Shown here piece after piece: positions 10,948-22,522 of a stretch of DNA of 64,000 nucleotides. How positions within the stretch are numbered: position 1 is the first letter of the stretch; the number at the start of each line of letters is the position of its first letter. The stretch spans positions 192,001-256,000 of the forward strand of contig CAVVEU010000013.1 of assembly GCA_963747235.1 (NCBI GenBank), in the 5' to 3' direction. Source of the stretch: an uncultured Candidatus Rokubacteria bacterium. GTDB taxonomy: Bacteria > Methylomirabilota > Methylomirabilia > Rokubacteriales > CSP1-6. The position numbers and the translations under genes were made by a program. The notes beneath the pieces were generated by a model. That model was not told the origin of the DNA and made no database searches. It worked only from the letters and a program-made list of their open reading frames with translations.

Positions 10948-12242
10948 CTAGTCCGGCAGCGCGTTGATCTGGCGCGCCAGATCCTCCATCGCGGCCTTGG
11001 CCGGCTTCTGCCCCGTGTAGACCGCCTCGATCACCGGTCGGGTCACGTTCTCGGCCGCGACCCACTTGGGCGTGGGCTGCCCGACCTGCCAGTTGCGGCG
11101 CCTGGCCGAGCAGGGCGCGCAGGACCGGGTCGCCGGTGATGCGCGGGTCCGCGTGGCTCTTGCGGCTGGCCGAGACCTGCCCGGCCTTGAGCGTCCACTC
11201 GGCCACGTTGTCGGTCATCCAGCGCACGTGCGCCCAGGCCGCGTCGCGCTTGGCGCGATCGGCCGCCCCCTTCGGCTTCGGGAAGGTGTACTGGTGCGGC
11301 ATCGCCCAGACCACCGCCTGCTTGAACAGGCGCGGCACCGGCACCGCCACGAAGTCGACCTTGGCCTCGCGCAGGCCGGCGAAGTTCCAGGAGCCCGCGA
11401 TCCACATGCCGAGCCGGCCCGCGATGAAGGCGTCGCGGCAGTTGGTATTGGCGGGCGGGGCGACCTTGTGCTGGTTCGGCGAGCGCCTCCCAGAACTCGG
11501 CGACTTCGAGCGCGGCGGGATCGGTGACGCCCGCGCGCTTGAGATCGGCCGCGTAGATGTTGGCGCCGTTCTGCCAGAGCAGGTTGTGGAAGCCCCAGGT
11601 GTAGCGGCCCGGGGTTGACGGTGCCGATGGCGACGCCGAAGGTGTCGGCCTTGGTGATCCGCTTGGCCATGGTGACGAGCTCGTCGCGGCGTCGCCCGGC
11701 ACGCGCGGGCGGCCGTCGGCGCCGACCAGCCCGGCGTCCTTCATCACCTTCACGTTGAGGTACATGATGTGCTGCGGGACGTCGAGCGGCAGCGAGTAGC
11801 GCTTGCCCTGGAAGGTGCCGCCCTGCCAGGTGGCGGGCAGGTAGTCCTCGCCGCGGAAGCCCTTCGCGCCGATCGGTGGCGTCGTCGATGGCCTCGAGCA
11901 CGCCGTCGCTCGCGAAGTGGGGAACCTCCACGGTGTGGATCAGGGCCAGATCGGGGCCTTCGCCCGCGGGCACCGCGACCTGGAGCTTGGCGTAGAGGTC
12001 GACCCAGGGCAGGCGCTGCTGCTCGATGCCGGATGCCGGTCTCGCGGGTGAAGCGATCGATCAGCTCGTCCATCACCTTGCCGTCGGCGCCGGTGAGGCC
12101 GTTCCAGTAGGTGATGGTGGCCTTCGGCTGCGCGGCGGCGCGGCCGGCCCACGCGGCCACGCCGACGCTCGCGGCGCCCGCGACGAAGGCCCGGCGGCTC
12201 GCCACGTCGCTTGCGCTCGACCGACGTTGTCGGACTGTCCAT
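10948..12242 (-). CDS. Carbohydrate ABC solute-binding protein with Tat signal (frameshifted)
   Basis: SRRAFVAG...AAAQP twin-arginine leader; TITYWNGLTGADG; GPDLA; MWIAGSW; ends ...QINALPD*. Confidence 0.85.
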
Positions 12243-12260
12243 GGGGTTCCTCCGCGCGCC

Positions 12261-12320
12261 ACTCTACGGCTCCGCGCGGCGTGATGTCAAATTGACAGCC
12301 CGGGACGGACTTCTTAGACT
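12261..12320. promoter_or_regulatory. Back-to-back divergent sigma70 promoters (ABC operon and GH51)
   Basis: Plus: TTGACA(12292)-17-TAGACT(12315-12320), ATG at 12327. Minus: TTGACA(12290-12285)-18-TAGAGT(12266-12261). The two -35 boxes form the palindrome TGTCAAATTGACA. Confidence 0.75.
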
Positions 12321-12326
12321 CTGCCG

Positions 12327-13830
12327 ATGACCACGCACATCGGGATCGATCTGCGACGACGCCTCGGCACGGTGGACCGCCGCATCTTCAGCCAGTTCAT
12401 CGAGCACCTCGGCCGCTGCATCTACGGCGGCATCTACGAGGAGGGCTCGCCGCTCTCCGACGCCCGCGGGTTCCGGCGCGACGTCCTGGAGGCGGCGCGG
12501 CCGCTCGCGTTCCCGATCCTTCGCTGGCCCGGCGGCAACTTCGTGAGCGGCTACCACTGGCTCGACGGGGTCGGGCCCGAAGGACGAGCGGCCGCGGCGC
12601 AGCGAGCTCGCCTGGTACGCGGAGGAGTCGAACCGCTTCGGCACCAACGAGTTCATCGAGTACTGCCGGGAGATCGGGACCGAGCCCTTCATCTGCGTGA
12701 ACATGGGCTCCGGCACCATGGACGAGGCGCAGGCGTGGCTCGAGTACTGCAACGGCACCGGCAACACCTCGTGGGCGAACCTGCGGCGCCGGCACGGCTA
12801 CGCCGAGCCGCACCGGGTGCGCTACTGGGGCCTCGGCAACGAGATGTACGGGGGCTGGCAGATCGGCAACCTGGAGGCGCGCGACTACGTCAAGCGCGCC
12901 CGCGCGTTCGCGATGGTGATGAAGCGCACCGATCCGACCATCCAGCTCGTGGGCTGCGGGCAGACCGGCTGGAGCGAGTGGGACGAGGTGGTGCTGGGCG
13001 GGCTCGCCGAGTTCGTGGACTTCCACTCGATCCATCTCTACACCGGCAGCGCCGACCACTACACCACCGTGATGCAGTCGCACCAGGCCGAGCGGGCGGT
13101 GCGGATCTGCGCCGCGCTGATCGAGCGCGTGCGGCACATGCAGCAGATCGGCCACCCGATCCACATCGCCTTCGACGAGTGGAACGTGTGGTACCGCACG
13201 CGGAGCCACGCGGACCGGGTGGGCGGGGTGGAGGAGCGCTACACGCTGACCGACGCCCTCGCGGTGGCCTCCTACCTGAACGGCTTCATCCGGCAGTGCC
13301 GGGTGGTGCGCATGGCCAACTTCGCCCAGCTCGTCAACGCGATCGCCCCGATCTTCACGAGCCAGCAGGGGCTGTTCCTCCAGACCATCTACCACCCGCT
13401 CCGGCTCTACGCCGAGCACACCCTGGCGCACGGGCTCGACGTGCACGTGGACGGGGAGCGCTACACCCTCGACCCGTCGCAGGAGACCGACGCGGGGGGC
13501 GGGCGGGTGCACCACGTGGCCGACCTGGGGCCGTTCCTGCTGATCGACGCGGCGGCCAGCACGGACGACGCGGGGCGGGAGATCTCGGTGGCCCTCGTCA
13601 ATCGCGATCGCGACCGGGACCTGACCGCGACGGTGGAGGTGGTGGGCGCGGACGTGGCGGGGCCGGTGCGGGTCTGGGAGGTGAACGGACCCGAGGTCGG
13701 CGCGATGAACTCGTTCGAGCAGCCGCGCCGCGTGGACGTGCGCGAGCGCCGGGCCACCGCGCGGAGCGGCGGGCTCGACTACGTCTGCCCCGCGCACTCC
13801 ATCACGATCCTGCGCCTGACCGCCCGCTGA
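12327..13830 (+). CDS. abfA: alpha-L-arabinofuranosidase, GH51 (frameshift near 12580)
   Basis: [69 protein letters not shown]. Confidence 0.92.
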
Positions 13831-13833
13831 CCG

Positions 13834-15060
13834 TCAGCCCTCGGCCGCGACGGTCTTGAAGGCGCGCTCCGCGGCCTCCAGCGTGCGCGCCACGTCCTCT
13901 TCGGTGTGGGCCGCCGACACGAACCAGTTGTGGGTGGGGTGCGCGTAGGCGCCCCCCGCGGTCACCAGCCCACACCAGCGGCGGGTGCGCCGGCGCTCGG
14001 GATCGTCGGCGAAGCGGATCACCGGCATGGCGGGCTGGCCCACCGGCATCAGCGGGACGCCGTGGCGGCGCGCCTGCTCGGCGAGGCCGTCGCACAGGAG
14101 CCCGCCGGTCCGCTGGATGCGCGCGATCGCGTCGGTGCGCGCGAGGACGTCCAGGGTGGCCAGCGCGGCCGCGAAGGCGCCGCTCGCGAAGAAGAACGAG
14201 CCCGTGAAGTAGATGCGCTCGGCCGCCGGGCGGAGCGCCTCGCGCGCGAGCCCGGCCGAGAGGGCGTGGCCGTTGGCGATGGCCTTGGAGTAGCAGATCA
14301 GGTCGGGCGCGGCCCCGAAGTGCTCGCAGGAGCCGCCCAGGTTGAAGCGGAAGCCCGCGCGCACGTCGTCCATCGCGAAGAGCGCGCCGTGCGCGTCGCA
14401 GAGCGCGCGCAGGCCCGGGAAGAAGCCGGGGGCGGGGGCCGCGCCGGTCAGGTGGTCGAACGGGGCGGTCATGACCACCGCGATCTCGCCCGGGTGCGCG
14501 GCGAAGAGGGCGCGCAGCTCGTCGAGGTCGTTCCAGGCGAACTCGAGCAGGTCGTCGCGATAGTGGGCGGGCACGCCGGGCAGGTGGGGGAGGGCCCAGG
14601 GCCGCGCGGCGTGATACGCGCCCCGCACCCGGGCGATGCGCGGCCGGCCGGTGTGCGCGCGCGCCACGTCCACCGCCCAGCTCGTCGCGTCCGCGCCGTT
14701 CTTGCCGAAGACCGCGAAGTCCGCGCGCGGGGTGAGGGCCACCAGCCGCTCGGCCAGCTCGACCATGCGCGGGCCCGGCAAGGGGAGGCAGTCGCCGCCC
14801 GCGAGCTGCTCGGCCACCGCGGCCTCGACCGCCGGGTGGCCGTAGCCCAGGATCATCGGCCCGTAGGCGCACATCCAGTCCACGTACTCGTTGCCGTCCA
14901 CGTCCCAGACGCGGGAGCGCTCCGCGCGCGCGAGGAAGCGGGGATGGCCGTCGCCGAGGGCGGCGCCGTTCTGGTGGCCGTAGACGCCACCCGGCATGAC
15001 TCGACGGGCGCGCTCCCAGAGCGCGTGACTCGCGGCGAGGCGCGGGGGCGGGGTCTCCAT
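13834..15060 (-). CDS. Class III aminotransferase, glutamate-1-semialdehyde aminotransferase-like
   Basis: [58 protein letters not shown]. Confidence 0.88.
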   Translation of the reverse strand: METPPPRLAASHALWERARRVMPGGVYGHQNGAALGDGHPRFLARAERSRVWDVDGNEYVDWMCAYGPMILGYGHPAVEAAVAEQLAGGDCLPLPGPRMVELAERLVALTPRADFAVFGKNGADATSWAVDVARAHTGRPRIARVRGAYHAARPWALPHLPGVPAHYRDDLLEFAWNDLDELRALFAAHPGEIAVVMTAPFDHLTGAAPAPGFFPGLRALCDAHGALFAMDDVRAGFRFNLGGSCEHFGAAPDLICYSKAIANGHALSAGLAREALRPAAERIYFTGSFFFASGAFAAALATLDVLARTDAIARIQRTGGLLCDGLAEQARRHGVPLMPVGQPAMPVIRFADDPERRRTRRWCGLVTAGGAYAHPTHNWFVSAAHTEEDVARTLEAAERAFKTVAAEG

Positions 15061-15098
15061 GGCCGGGCATGATAGCACCCGGCCGCGGGCTCAGGCGG

Positions 15099-15488
15099 CT
15101 AGCGCTGCTCGAGGCCGAGCGCCATCACGGTTGCCGGATCCGGCCGGCCGGTGACCCGGAGCCCCTGGCGCCGCTGGAACGATCGCAGCGCCTCCGCGGT
15201 GTGCGAGTTCATGATCGCGTCGGTCGGGCCCGCGGGATAGCCCCGCTCCTTGAGCGCGGCGCGCACCGCCCGCAGGCGCTCCTCGTACCGGGTCACGAGG
15301 ACCGTCGGCTGGTGCTCGCGGTAGTACTCCATCCGGCGCATCAGGTCGCGCTCCCAGCGGCCGGTCATCGCGAGCCCGATCTCGATGACCCCGTACACCG
15401 AGAGCACCGCGAGGCCCGCGACGAGCGGGAAGAAGACCACCGGTCGAATGATGTGCTGCCGCAGCGGGCCGATCAGTCGCTCGAGCAT
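15099..15488 (-). CDS. Small membrane-anchored peptidoglycan-binding domain protein
   Basis: N-terminal hydrophobic helix; C-terminal PGBD AALKERGYPAGPTDAIMNSHTAEALRSFQRRQGLRVTGRPDPATVMALG. Confidence 0.8.
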   Translation of the reverse strand: MLERLIGPLRQHIIRPVVFFPLVAGLAVLSVYGVIEIGLAMTGRWERDLMRRMEYYREHQPTVLVTRYEERLRAVRAALKERGYPAGPTDAIMNSHTAEALRSFQRRQGLRVTGRPDPATVMALGLEQR

Positions 15489-15500
15489 GTCGCACGGAAC

Positions 15501-15516
15501 TGCAACCGGTGTGCCG
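15501..15516 (-). promoter_or_regulatory. sigma54 (-24/-12) promoter
   Basis: Minus strand CGGCAC-ACCGG-TTGCA, 12 nt before ATG 15488. Confidence 0.7.
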
Positions 15517-15620
15517 CGCACGGAAGCAGCGGAATTCGCGGAAATTCCGCAGCCGGCGCGCCGCGCGGAGCGTCCCGCCGGAAGAAACTACCGAGGACGG
15601 AATGACCGAGCGGGCGAGCT

Positions 15621-16508
15621 CTACAGGTGCGGGAGAACGGTGGAGGCGAAGAGCCAGGTGCCTTCGGGCCGGGGCACGTCGGCGAAGTTCACGGTGAGAC
15701 GCCGGGCGCCCTGCTTGATGATGCCGAGCATGGTCTCGGTCACCTGCGCCGGGGTGCCGACGATCTGGATGTCGTTCAGCGAGCGGGTCCCCGGCGCCTT
15801 CTTCAGGCGCTCGATCTCGCGCTCGTTCTCCGCGATCAGGATGCCGACGCGGACCACCTGCTCGATCGTGTCGTAGTCGCGGCCCACGTCGCGGCAGTGG
15901 GCCTTGAGCACCTCCTGCTTGTGGGCGTAGGCCTCGGGGCCCTTCCAGACGTAGTTCCACCAGTCGGCGTGCCTGGCGACCACCCGCAGCAGGTACTTCT
16001 CGCCGGAGCCGCCCACCATGACCGGCGGCACCGGATCGGGCCGCGGCTCGCAGTAGGCGCCCGCGATCTGATAGTGCTCGCCGCGGTACTCGGCCGGCGC
16101 CCCCGTCCACATGGCCCGGATCAGCTCGATGGCCTCCGCGAGCTGGGCGATGCGCACCCTGGCGGGCGGGTAGGGGAAGCCGTAGGTCCGGTACTCCTCC
16201 TCGTTCCAGCCCGCGCCGATGCCCAGGATGACCCGGCCGCCCGAGAGCGCCTGCGCGGTCGCCGCCATCTTGGCCAGGTGCGCCGGGTTGCGGAAGCTGT
16301 TGCAGAGCACCTCGTGGCCGCAGCGCTTGTCGGGATAGCGGGCCAGCGCCCAGGTGAGCAGCGTCCAGCCCTCCGCCACCTTGTTGGCGCCGTACTGCAG
16401 GTGGTCCGGCATCCACAGGATGTCGAAGGGGGCGACGGTCTGGTCGAAGTAGGGGAAGGTGTCCTCGACCAGCCGCGACCAGATGTTGAGCCCGACGGGA
16501 ACGGCCAT
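15621..16508 (-). CDS. LLM-class flavin-dependent oxidoreductase
   Basis: ILWMPDHL, CNSFRNPAHLAKMAAT, GRVILGIGAGWNEEEY, PPVMVGGSGEK, VARHADWWN. Confidence 0.9.
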   Translation of the reverse strand: MAVPVGLNIWSRLVEDTFPYFDQTVAPFDILWMPDHLQYGANKVAEGWTLLTWALARYPDKRCGHEVLCNSFRNPAHLAKMAATAQALSGGRVILGIGAGWNEEEYRTYGFPYPPARVRIAQLAEAIELIRAMWTGAPAEYRGEHYQIAGAYCEPRPDPVPPVMVGGSGEKYLLRVVARHADWWNYVWKGPEAYAHKQEVLKAHCRDVGRDYDTIEQVVRVGILIAENEREIERLKKAPGTRSLNDIQIVGTPAQVTETMLGIIKQGARRLTVNFADVPRPEGTWLFASTVLPHL

Positions 16509-16519
16509 GGCGCGAGCCC

Positions 16520-17476
16520 CTAGCCGCGGAAGTGGCGGCGGTCGCCCGCGCGGAGCCAGAGGCGCACGAGATGCCGGCGGTCTTCGGGACGCTCGGCGTC
16601 CTCGTACGGCGTGCGGCCGTGCACGATCACGCGGTTGTTCAGCACCTGGATCTGGCCGCGCTCGACCCAGAGGTCGAGGCGATGGGCCGGGTCGCTCAGG
16701 AACGCGTCCATCAGGCGCACCGCCTCCGCGCCGTCGGCGTCGAGCGCGCGGCCGGTCTTCTCGTAGCCGCGCACGATGTGCCGGGCGTTGAAGCGCGTGC
16801 GCAGGCCGCCGTCCCACGCGAAGACGGGCCGGAAGTTGGTCGCGGCCGCGTCGGCCGCCTGGTACTCCTGGTGATCGCGGTAGAAGACCTCGTAGAGGCG
16901 GCGCAGCAGCGCGGGGTGCTCGGTCAGGAAGTGATTGTGCGCGGCGGCCGCGCTCGACACGATGCTCATGCCCCCGGCCCGGGCGGGCCGCAGGCAGAAG
17001 AGGCTCACGTAGTTCGGCGGCGCCTCGCCCATGCTGCTGTCGGTGTGCATCTCGAGCCCTTCCGGAGTCAGCGCCGCCCGCGTGTCCTGCGTGTACTCCT
17101 GGCCGTCGTGGCGCACGTCGTAGATGACGGTGCCCTTCCACTCCTGCGCGACCGGGGGCTCGAGGAAGCTCATCAGGAGCCAGTAGAGCGCGATCGCCTC
17201 GTCGCGGCTCATGGCGTCCACCGGGAGCCGGTCGAGCATCACGAAGCCCGGGCCCTCGTCGAGCTGGCGGCGCACCTCGCGCATCCACCGCGCGGTGGCC
17301 GCGAGCGGGAAGTGCTCGGGCAGCAGCAGGAGGGTCGGCACCGGCGCCCGGCGCAGCTCGGCGAGGGCGCCCTCGAGCTCGCTCAGCACGGGGGCGGGGA
17401 TCGGGATCAGGTAGCGGTCGGCGGCCAGCGTCGGGCCGTGCCAGGCCGCGGACTCCGGAATGACGGTGGAGAGCAT
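16520..17476 (-). CDS. TauD/TfdA-family (clavaminate synthase-like) dioxygenase
   Basis: LDEGPGFV, EMHTDSS, VLNNRVIVHGRT, RRHLVRLWL. Confidence 0.88.
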   Translation of the reverse strand: MLSTVIPESAAWHGPTLAADRYLIPIPAPVLSELEGALAELRRAPVPTLLLLPEHFPLAATARWMREVRRQLDEGPGFVMLDRLPVDAMSRDEAIALYWLLMSFLEPPVAQEWKGTVIYDVRHDGQEYTQDTRAALTPEGLEMHTDSSMGEAPPNYVSLFCLRPARAGGMSIVSSAAAAHNHFLTEHPALLRRLYEVFYRDHQEYQAADAAATNFRPVFAWDGGLRTRFNARHIVRGYEKTGRALDADGAEAVRLMDAFLSDPAHRLDLWVERGQIQVLNNRVIVHGRTPYEDAERPEDRRHLVRLWLRAGDRRHFRG

Positions 17477-17630
17477 GGCGGGATTCTAGCAGCCCGCGCT
17501 GCCGCGCTGGGCCTTTACGTGGCCCGGGCCCGGCGGTAGCATGGCGCCCGCGAAGGGGCGGACCGAGTGAGTCCGCTGGAGAAGAACCCCGCAGCACCCA
17601 GGGTCCAGAGGACCCAAGGGGAGGATCGCC

Positions 17631-18888
17631 ATGACAGGAGCCTCGACGACGCGGCGGATCGCCTGGCTGATCGTCGCCGTCACCGGCCTCGCGCTCGTCG
17701 CGTGGCCGGCCATTGCCCAGCAGACCACCCCGCCGGCGGCCGAGCCTCCGAAGCAGGAGGAGGTGCCGTTCTGGGCGATCGGCCGACCCAAGGACGGGCC
17801 GGGCGCGCAGATGGCGCCGGTGCCCGCGTTCCCGATCCCGACGGCCGCCGACAAGCTGCCGATCGCCAAGATGAAGGTCCCGCCCGGGTTCAAGGTCGAG
17901 CTCTTCGCGTCCGACGTCTTCGACGCGCGCGGGCTGCGGCAGGGCGACAAGGGCACCGTCTTCGTCAGCTCGCTGTTCGGGGCCGGCAAGATCTACGCGC
18001 TCGTCGACAAGGGGGGCAAGCGCGAGGTCAAGGTGATCGCCGAGAAGCTGATGCTCCCGAACGGGATCGAGTTCCACAAGGGCTCGCTCTACGTGGCGAC
18101 GCCGAAGGACATCACCCGTTACGACGACATCGAGGCCAAGCTCGACAATCCGCCCGCGCCGGTGAAGGTCTACGACCAGCTCCCGGGCGACGTGCCGCAC
18201 GGCTGGAAGTTCATCAAGATCGGGCCCGACGGCAAGCTCTACGTGCCGGTGGGCGCGCCCTGCAACATCTGCGAGCCCGACCCGGAGAAGTACGCGCAGA
18301 TCCGCCGCATCAACCTCGACGGCAGCGGCATGGAGATCGTGGCGCGCGGCGTGCGCAACACGGTGGGCTTCGACTTCCATCCGAAGACCGGCGAGCTCTG
18401 GTTCACCGACAACCAGCGCGACTGGCTCTCGGAGGACCTGCCCAACGACGAGCTGAACCGGGTCACCAAGCCGGGCCAGCACTTCGGCTTCCCGTACTGC
18501 CACCAGGGCGACTTCGCCGACCCGCAGTTCGGCTGGGGCAAGGCCTGCGACGACTTCGTGAAGCCGGCGCTGCTGCTGGGCCCGCACTCGGCCCCGCTCG
18601 GCATGCGCTTCTACACCGGCAAGATGTTCCCGGAGAAGTACCAGAACGCCATCTTCATCGCGCGCCACGGGCCGTGGAACCGCACCAAGAAGTACGCGGC
18701 CGACGTGGTGGCGGTGTTCCTCAATCCCAACGGCACCGTGAAGTCCGATGGAGCCCTTCCTCACCGGTCTCGTCGAGAACAACGCCTATCTCGGCCGGCC
18801 GGTGGACGTGCTCGTGCTCAAGGACGGCTCGATGCTCGTCTCGGACGACCACGCGGGCGCGGTCTACCGGATCAGCTACAAGAAGTGA
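17631..18888 (+). CDS. Sorbosone/PQQ-dependent sugar dehydrogenase-family protein (frameshift near 18745)
   Basis: Signal peptide; PPGFKVELFA, HGWKFIKIGPDGKLYVPVGAPCNIC, GVRNTVGFDF, DELN, HSAPLGMRFY; shifted end GRPVDVLVLKDGSMLVSDD...YRISYKK*. Confidence 0.9.
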
Positions 18889-18914
18889 CGGGAGCGGGCG
18901 GGCCGGGGGCGGTG

Positions 18915-19533
18915 ATGCCGCCGCTCTCGGCCCGCGTCGTCTTCCTGGCCGCGCTGCGTCGCGGCCGCCCTGCTGCCCGCCGTGCCCGCCACGCGGCCCA
19001 GTCCCCCGCCGCCCAGTCGGTGGACGAGCGCTTCACGGTCTGCCTCGCCTGCCACGGCGCGGACGGGCAGTCCCGCATCCCCGAGACCCCGTCACTCGGC
19101 GGGCAGCCGTCGTTCTTCGTGGTGGCCCAGCTCTTCCTGTTCCGCGAGGGCCGGCGGGACAACGCGGCCATGGTCGCGGCGGCCAAGGGGCTCACCAACA
19201 GCGACCTGACCGCCTTCGCCGAGCGCGTGACCAAGCTGCCGCCGCCTCCGCCGCCCGAGGACCCGGCTCGATCCCGCCCGCTTCGCGCGGGGCCGGACCC
19301 TGACCCTGCGGCACCCCTGCGGGGTCTGCCACAACCCGGACTTCTCGGGCCGCGAGCAGATGCCGCGGCTGGCCAACCAGCGCGAGGACTACCTGCTCAA
19401 GTCCATGCGCGAGTACAAGAGCGGGGCGCGGCTCGGCTATGGCGGGGCCATGTCACAGGAGCTGGCCGGGCTCACCGACCAGGACCTGATCGACCTCGCC
19501 CACTTTCTCTCGCACCAGCACGCAAGGCCTTGA
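18915..19533 (+). CDS. Diheme cytochrome c4/c553 (frameshifted; start approximate)
   Basis: CLACH and CGVCH heme motifs; PSLGGQ and PRLANQREDYL; axial Met regions. Confidence 0.85.
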
Positions 19534-19543
19534 AACAGCGGCG

Positions 19544-20124
19544 CTAGAGCAATAGATCGGCGATGGGGATCCGCCGGCCTGGCAGGGCGAGCGGAGAGGC
19601 AGAGGCCCCGCGCGCGAGCACCGTGACCGATCCGGTAGCGCCAGCCGAACGGCGCGGCCGGGTCGGGCTCGGGGTCGCGGTAGACCTCGAGGGCGCGCTC
19701 CGGGAGATTCACGATCCAGTAGTCGGCGAGCCCGGCGCGGGCGTAGAGGCTGCCCTTGTGCTCGCGGTCCAGCGCGAGGCTCGACTCGCTCACCTCGACC
19801 ACCAGCACGGGGCGCGAGGGGTGGCCGGTCTGGTAGTCGCGAAAGCTCCCGGGCACGACGGCCAGGTCGGGCTCCGGCTCGGAGTCCTCATCCAGGGCGA
19901 GCGGACCCTGGCCGCGGACTTCCCAGCCGCGCCCGAACGCGGCCCGCAGCGCTTCCTCCGCGGCCCGGACGGCGGCGAAGTGGCCGCTACCCTGCGGCTC
20001 GGCGACGATGAGGTGACCGCCCAGCAGCTCGATGGGATCGCCGGGCCGGAAGAAGCCCGAGCTCGATCAGGCGGTCGTACTCGACCCGCTTCCAGCGCCG
20101 CGTCTTCGTCTCCGGCTCACTCAT
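19544..20124 (-). CDS. Uma2-family (DUF820) putative endonuclease (frameshifted)
   Basis: RRWKRVEYDRLIE, IELLGG, SEPEPDLAVV, LVVEVSESSL, KGSLYARAGLADYWIVNL. Confidence 0.88.
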
Positions 20125-20155
20125 GCCCCGAGCCTAGCGACCCGGGTGGGGCCGG

Positions 20156-22513
20156 TCAATGTCCCGGTCTGGAGACACCCGCGTGGAGCGCGGCCCACAC
20201 GCGCGCCGGCGACATCGGCATGTCGAGCTCGCGCACCCCGCGGCCGGCGAGCGCGTCGAGCACCGCGTTGACCGCGGACGGCAGCGCGCCCGCCACGCCC
20301 GATTCGCCCGCGCCCTTCACGCCCAGGGGATTGGTGGTGCAGGGGACGCCGTGGTGGCCGACGCGCAGGGCGGGCAGGTCGTCGGCGCGCGGCAGCATGT
20401 AGTCCATGAACGAGGCGGTGAGGAGCTGGCCGTGCTCGTCGTAGACCACGTGCTCGCCCAGCACCTGGCCCAGGCCCTGGGCGATGCCGCCGTGGATCTG
20501 CCCCTCCACGATGGTCTCGTGCACCATGCGCCCCACGTCGTCCACCGCCGCGTAGCCCACCACGGCCACCGCGCCGGTCTCCGGATCGATCTCGACCTCG
20601 GTGACGTGGCAGCCGTTGGGGAAGCTCATCTGGGGCGAGACGAACTTGGCGGTGCTGTCGAGCCCGCCGGCCAGCTCGGGCGGCAGGTTCGGCAGCGCGC
20701 GGGCGCGAGCGGCCAGGTCGAGCAGCCCGATCGCGCGATCGGTGCCCTTCACGCGGAAGCGGCCCGCGGCGAATTCCACGTCGGGGTGGGCGGCCTCGAA
20801 GTAATGCGCCGCCACGCGGCGCCCGTTCTCGATGGACGCGTCGCAGGCCATCGAGGCCGCGCTGCCCGCCATCATCATGGAGCGCGAGGCGACGCTGGGC
20901 GTGCCCGCCGGGACCAGGTCGCTGTCGCCCTGGACGAGCCGCACCGCGCCGGGATCGACGCCGAGGCGCGCCGCGATCAGGAAGGGAAAGGTCGAGAGAT
21001 GGCCCTGGCCCATGGGCTGGGCCCCGGTGTGGAGCGCCACCGTGCCGTCGTCGGCGAAGCGCAGCTCCACCACCTCGTCGAGGATGCCGCCCGCCACCTC
21101 CAGGAAGCAGGCGAGCCCGATGCCGCGCAGCCGTCCGGCCCGCTCCGAGGCCGCGCGGCGCCGCGGGAAGCCCTGCCAGTCGGCCAGGGCCAGCGCCTGG
21201 TCCATGATCGTCTCGAACTCGCCGCTGTCGTAGACCGGGCCGTTCGGCGTGCGGTAGGGCATGGCGGCGGCCGGGATCAGGTTGCGCCGGCGGAGCTCCA
21301 CGCGGTCCATGCCGGTGTCCAGCGGCCGCCTGGTCGATCAGGCGCTCGATGAGGTAGAGCGCCTCCGGCCGCCCGGCCCCGCGATAGGGCCCGAGCGGCG
21401 CCGCGTTGGTGAACGCCAAGCGTGACGTCGATGGCGATGGCCGGGATGCGGTACACGCTCGACAGGCAGTTCTTGGTGTTGTTGGTCCCGAACACCGCCG
21501 CGAACGCGGTGACGTACGCGCCGATGCCGACCCGCGTGCGCACCCGCAGGGCCAGGAAGCGGCCGGTCGCGTCGAGGGCCAGCTCCCCCTCGAGCATGCC
21601 GTCGCGGCCGTGGGTGTCGGCCAGGAAGCTCTCGACGCGGGTCGCGCGCCACTTGACGGGCCGGCCCACGCGACGGGCCGCGAAGAGCAGCGCCGCGTAC
21701 TCCGGGTAGGCCTGCACCTTCATGCCGAAGCCGCCGCCCACGTCGGGGGTGACCACGCGGAGCTGCTGGGGCGGGATCTTGAACACGCCTTCCGCGAGGA
21801 GCCGGCGCACCACCGCGACGCCCTGGGTGGAGGCGGTCAGGGTGTAGCGCTGACTGGCCTCGTCCCACTGGCCGATGGCCGCGCGCGGCTCGAGGGCGGA
21901 GGGCGCCAGCCGCGTGTCGTGCAGGCGCACCCGCGCCACGTGCGCGGCTCCCCGGATCGCCGCGTCCACCGCGGCGGCGTCCCCGTCGGTCCAGTCGAAG
22001 GCGACGTTGCCCGCCGCGTCGGGCCAGATCGGGTGCGCGCCGGCGGCCAGCGCGCGGTCCACGTCGGCGGCCGCGGGCAGCGGGTCGAGGTCGAGGCTCA
22101 CGAGGGCGGCGGCGTCGACGGCCTGGGCCGGCGTCTCGGCGACCACGATGGCGACCGACTCGCCCACGTAGCGCACGCGGTCCACCGCGAGCGGGGGAAT
22201 CGGCGCGACCGCCAGGAGCTTGCCGCCGCGGCCGGGGAAGGAGGCGGCGGGCGGGATCGCGCCCAGTCCCGCCGCGACCGCGTCACGCCCGGTCAGCACC
22301 GCGAGCACGCCGGGCATGGCGAGCGCCCGGCGTCGTGTCCACGGAGCGGATGATGCCGTGGGCCGCCGTGGAGCGGGCGAACGCGGCGTGGGCCTGGCCG
22401 GGCAGGTCCACGTCGTCGGTGAAGCGGCCGCGGCCGGTGAGGAGCGGACCGTCCTCGCTGCGCCGCCCGCCGGCCGCGGAGCCGAAGCGCAGCGAGGACT
22501 CCGGAGCGGTCAA
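20156..22513 (-). CDS. Xanthine dehydrogenase-family molybdopterin-binding large subunit (CoxL-like, not form I; frameshifted)
   Basis: RSEDGPLLTGRGRFTDD, DVGGGFGMK, PYRGAGRPEA, EGQIHGGIAQG, TASFMDY, NPLGVKGAGE. Confidence 0.9.
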
Positions 22514-22522
22514 TTCCGCCAG

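Noticed and set aside
17631-19547. 638-aa apparent sugar dehydrogenase-cytochrome c fusion
   Set aside because: The dehydrogenase C-terminal motifs continue in another frame and stop at 18888, so the fusion is an indel artefact.
19544-20124. Uma2 nuclease as a mobile or defence element
   Set aside because: No flanking repeats, methylase or partner genes are present. Uma2 genes are commonly dispersed paralogues.
20156-22513. Aerobic CO dehydrogenase (form I coxL)
   Set aside because: The active-site loop is PYRGAGR, not AYxCSFR, and no coxMS or coxDEF genes are present.
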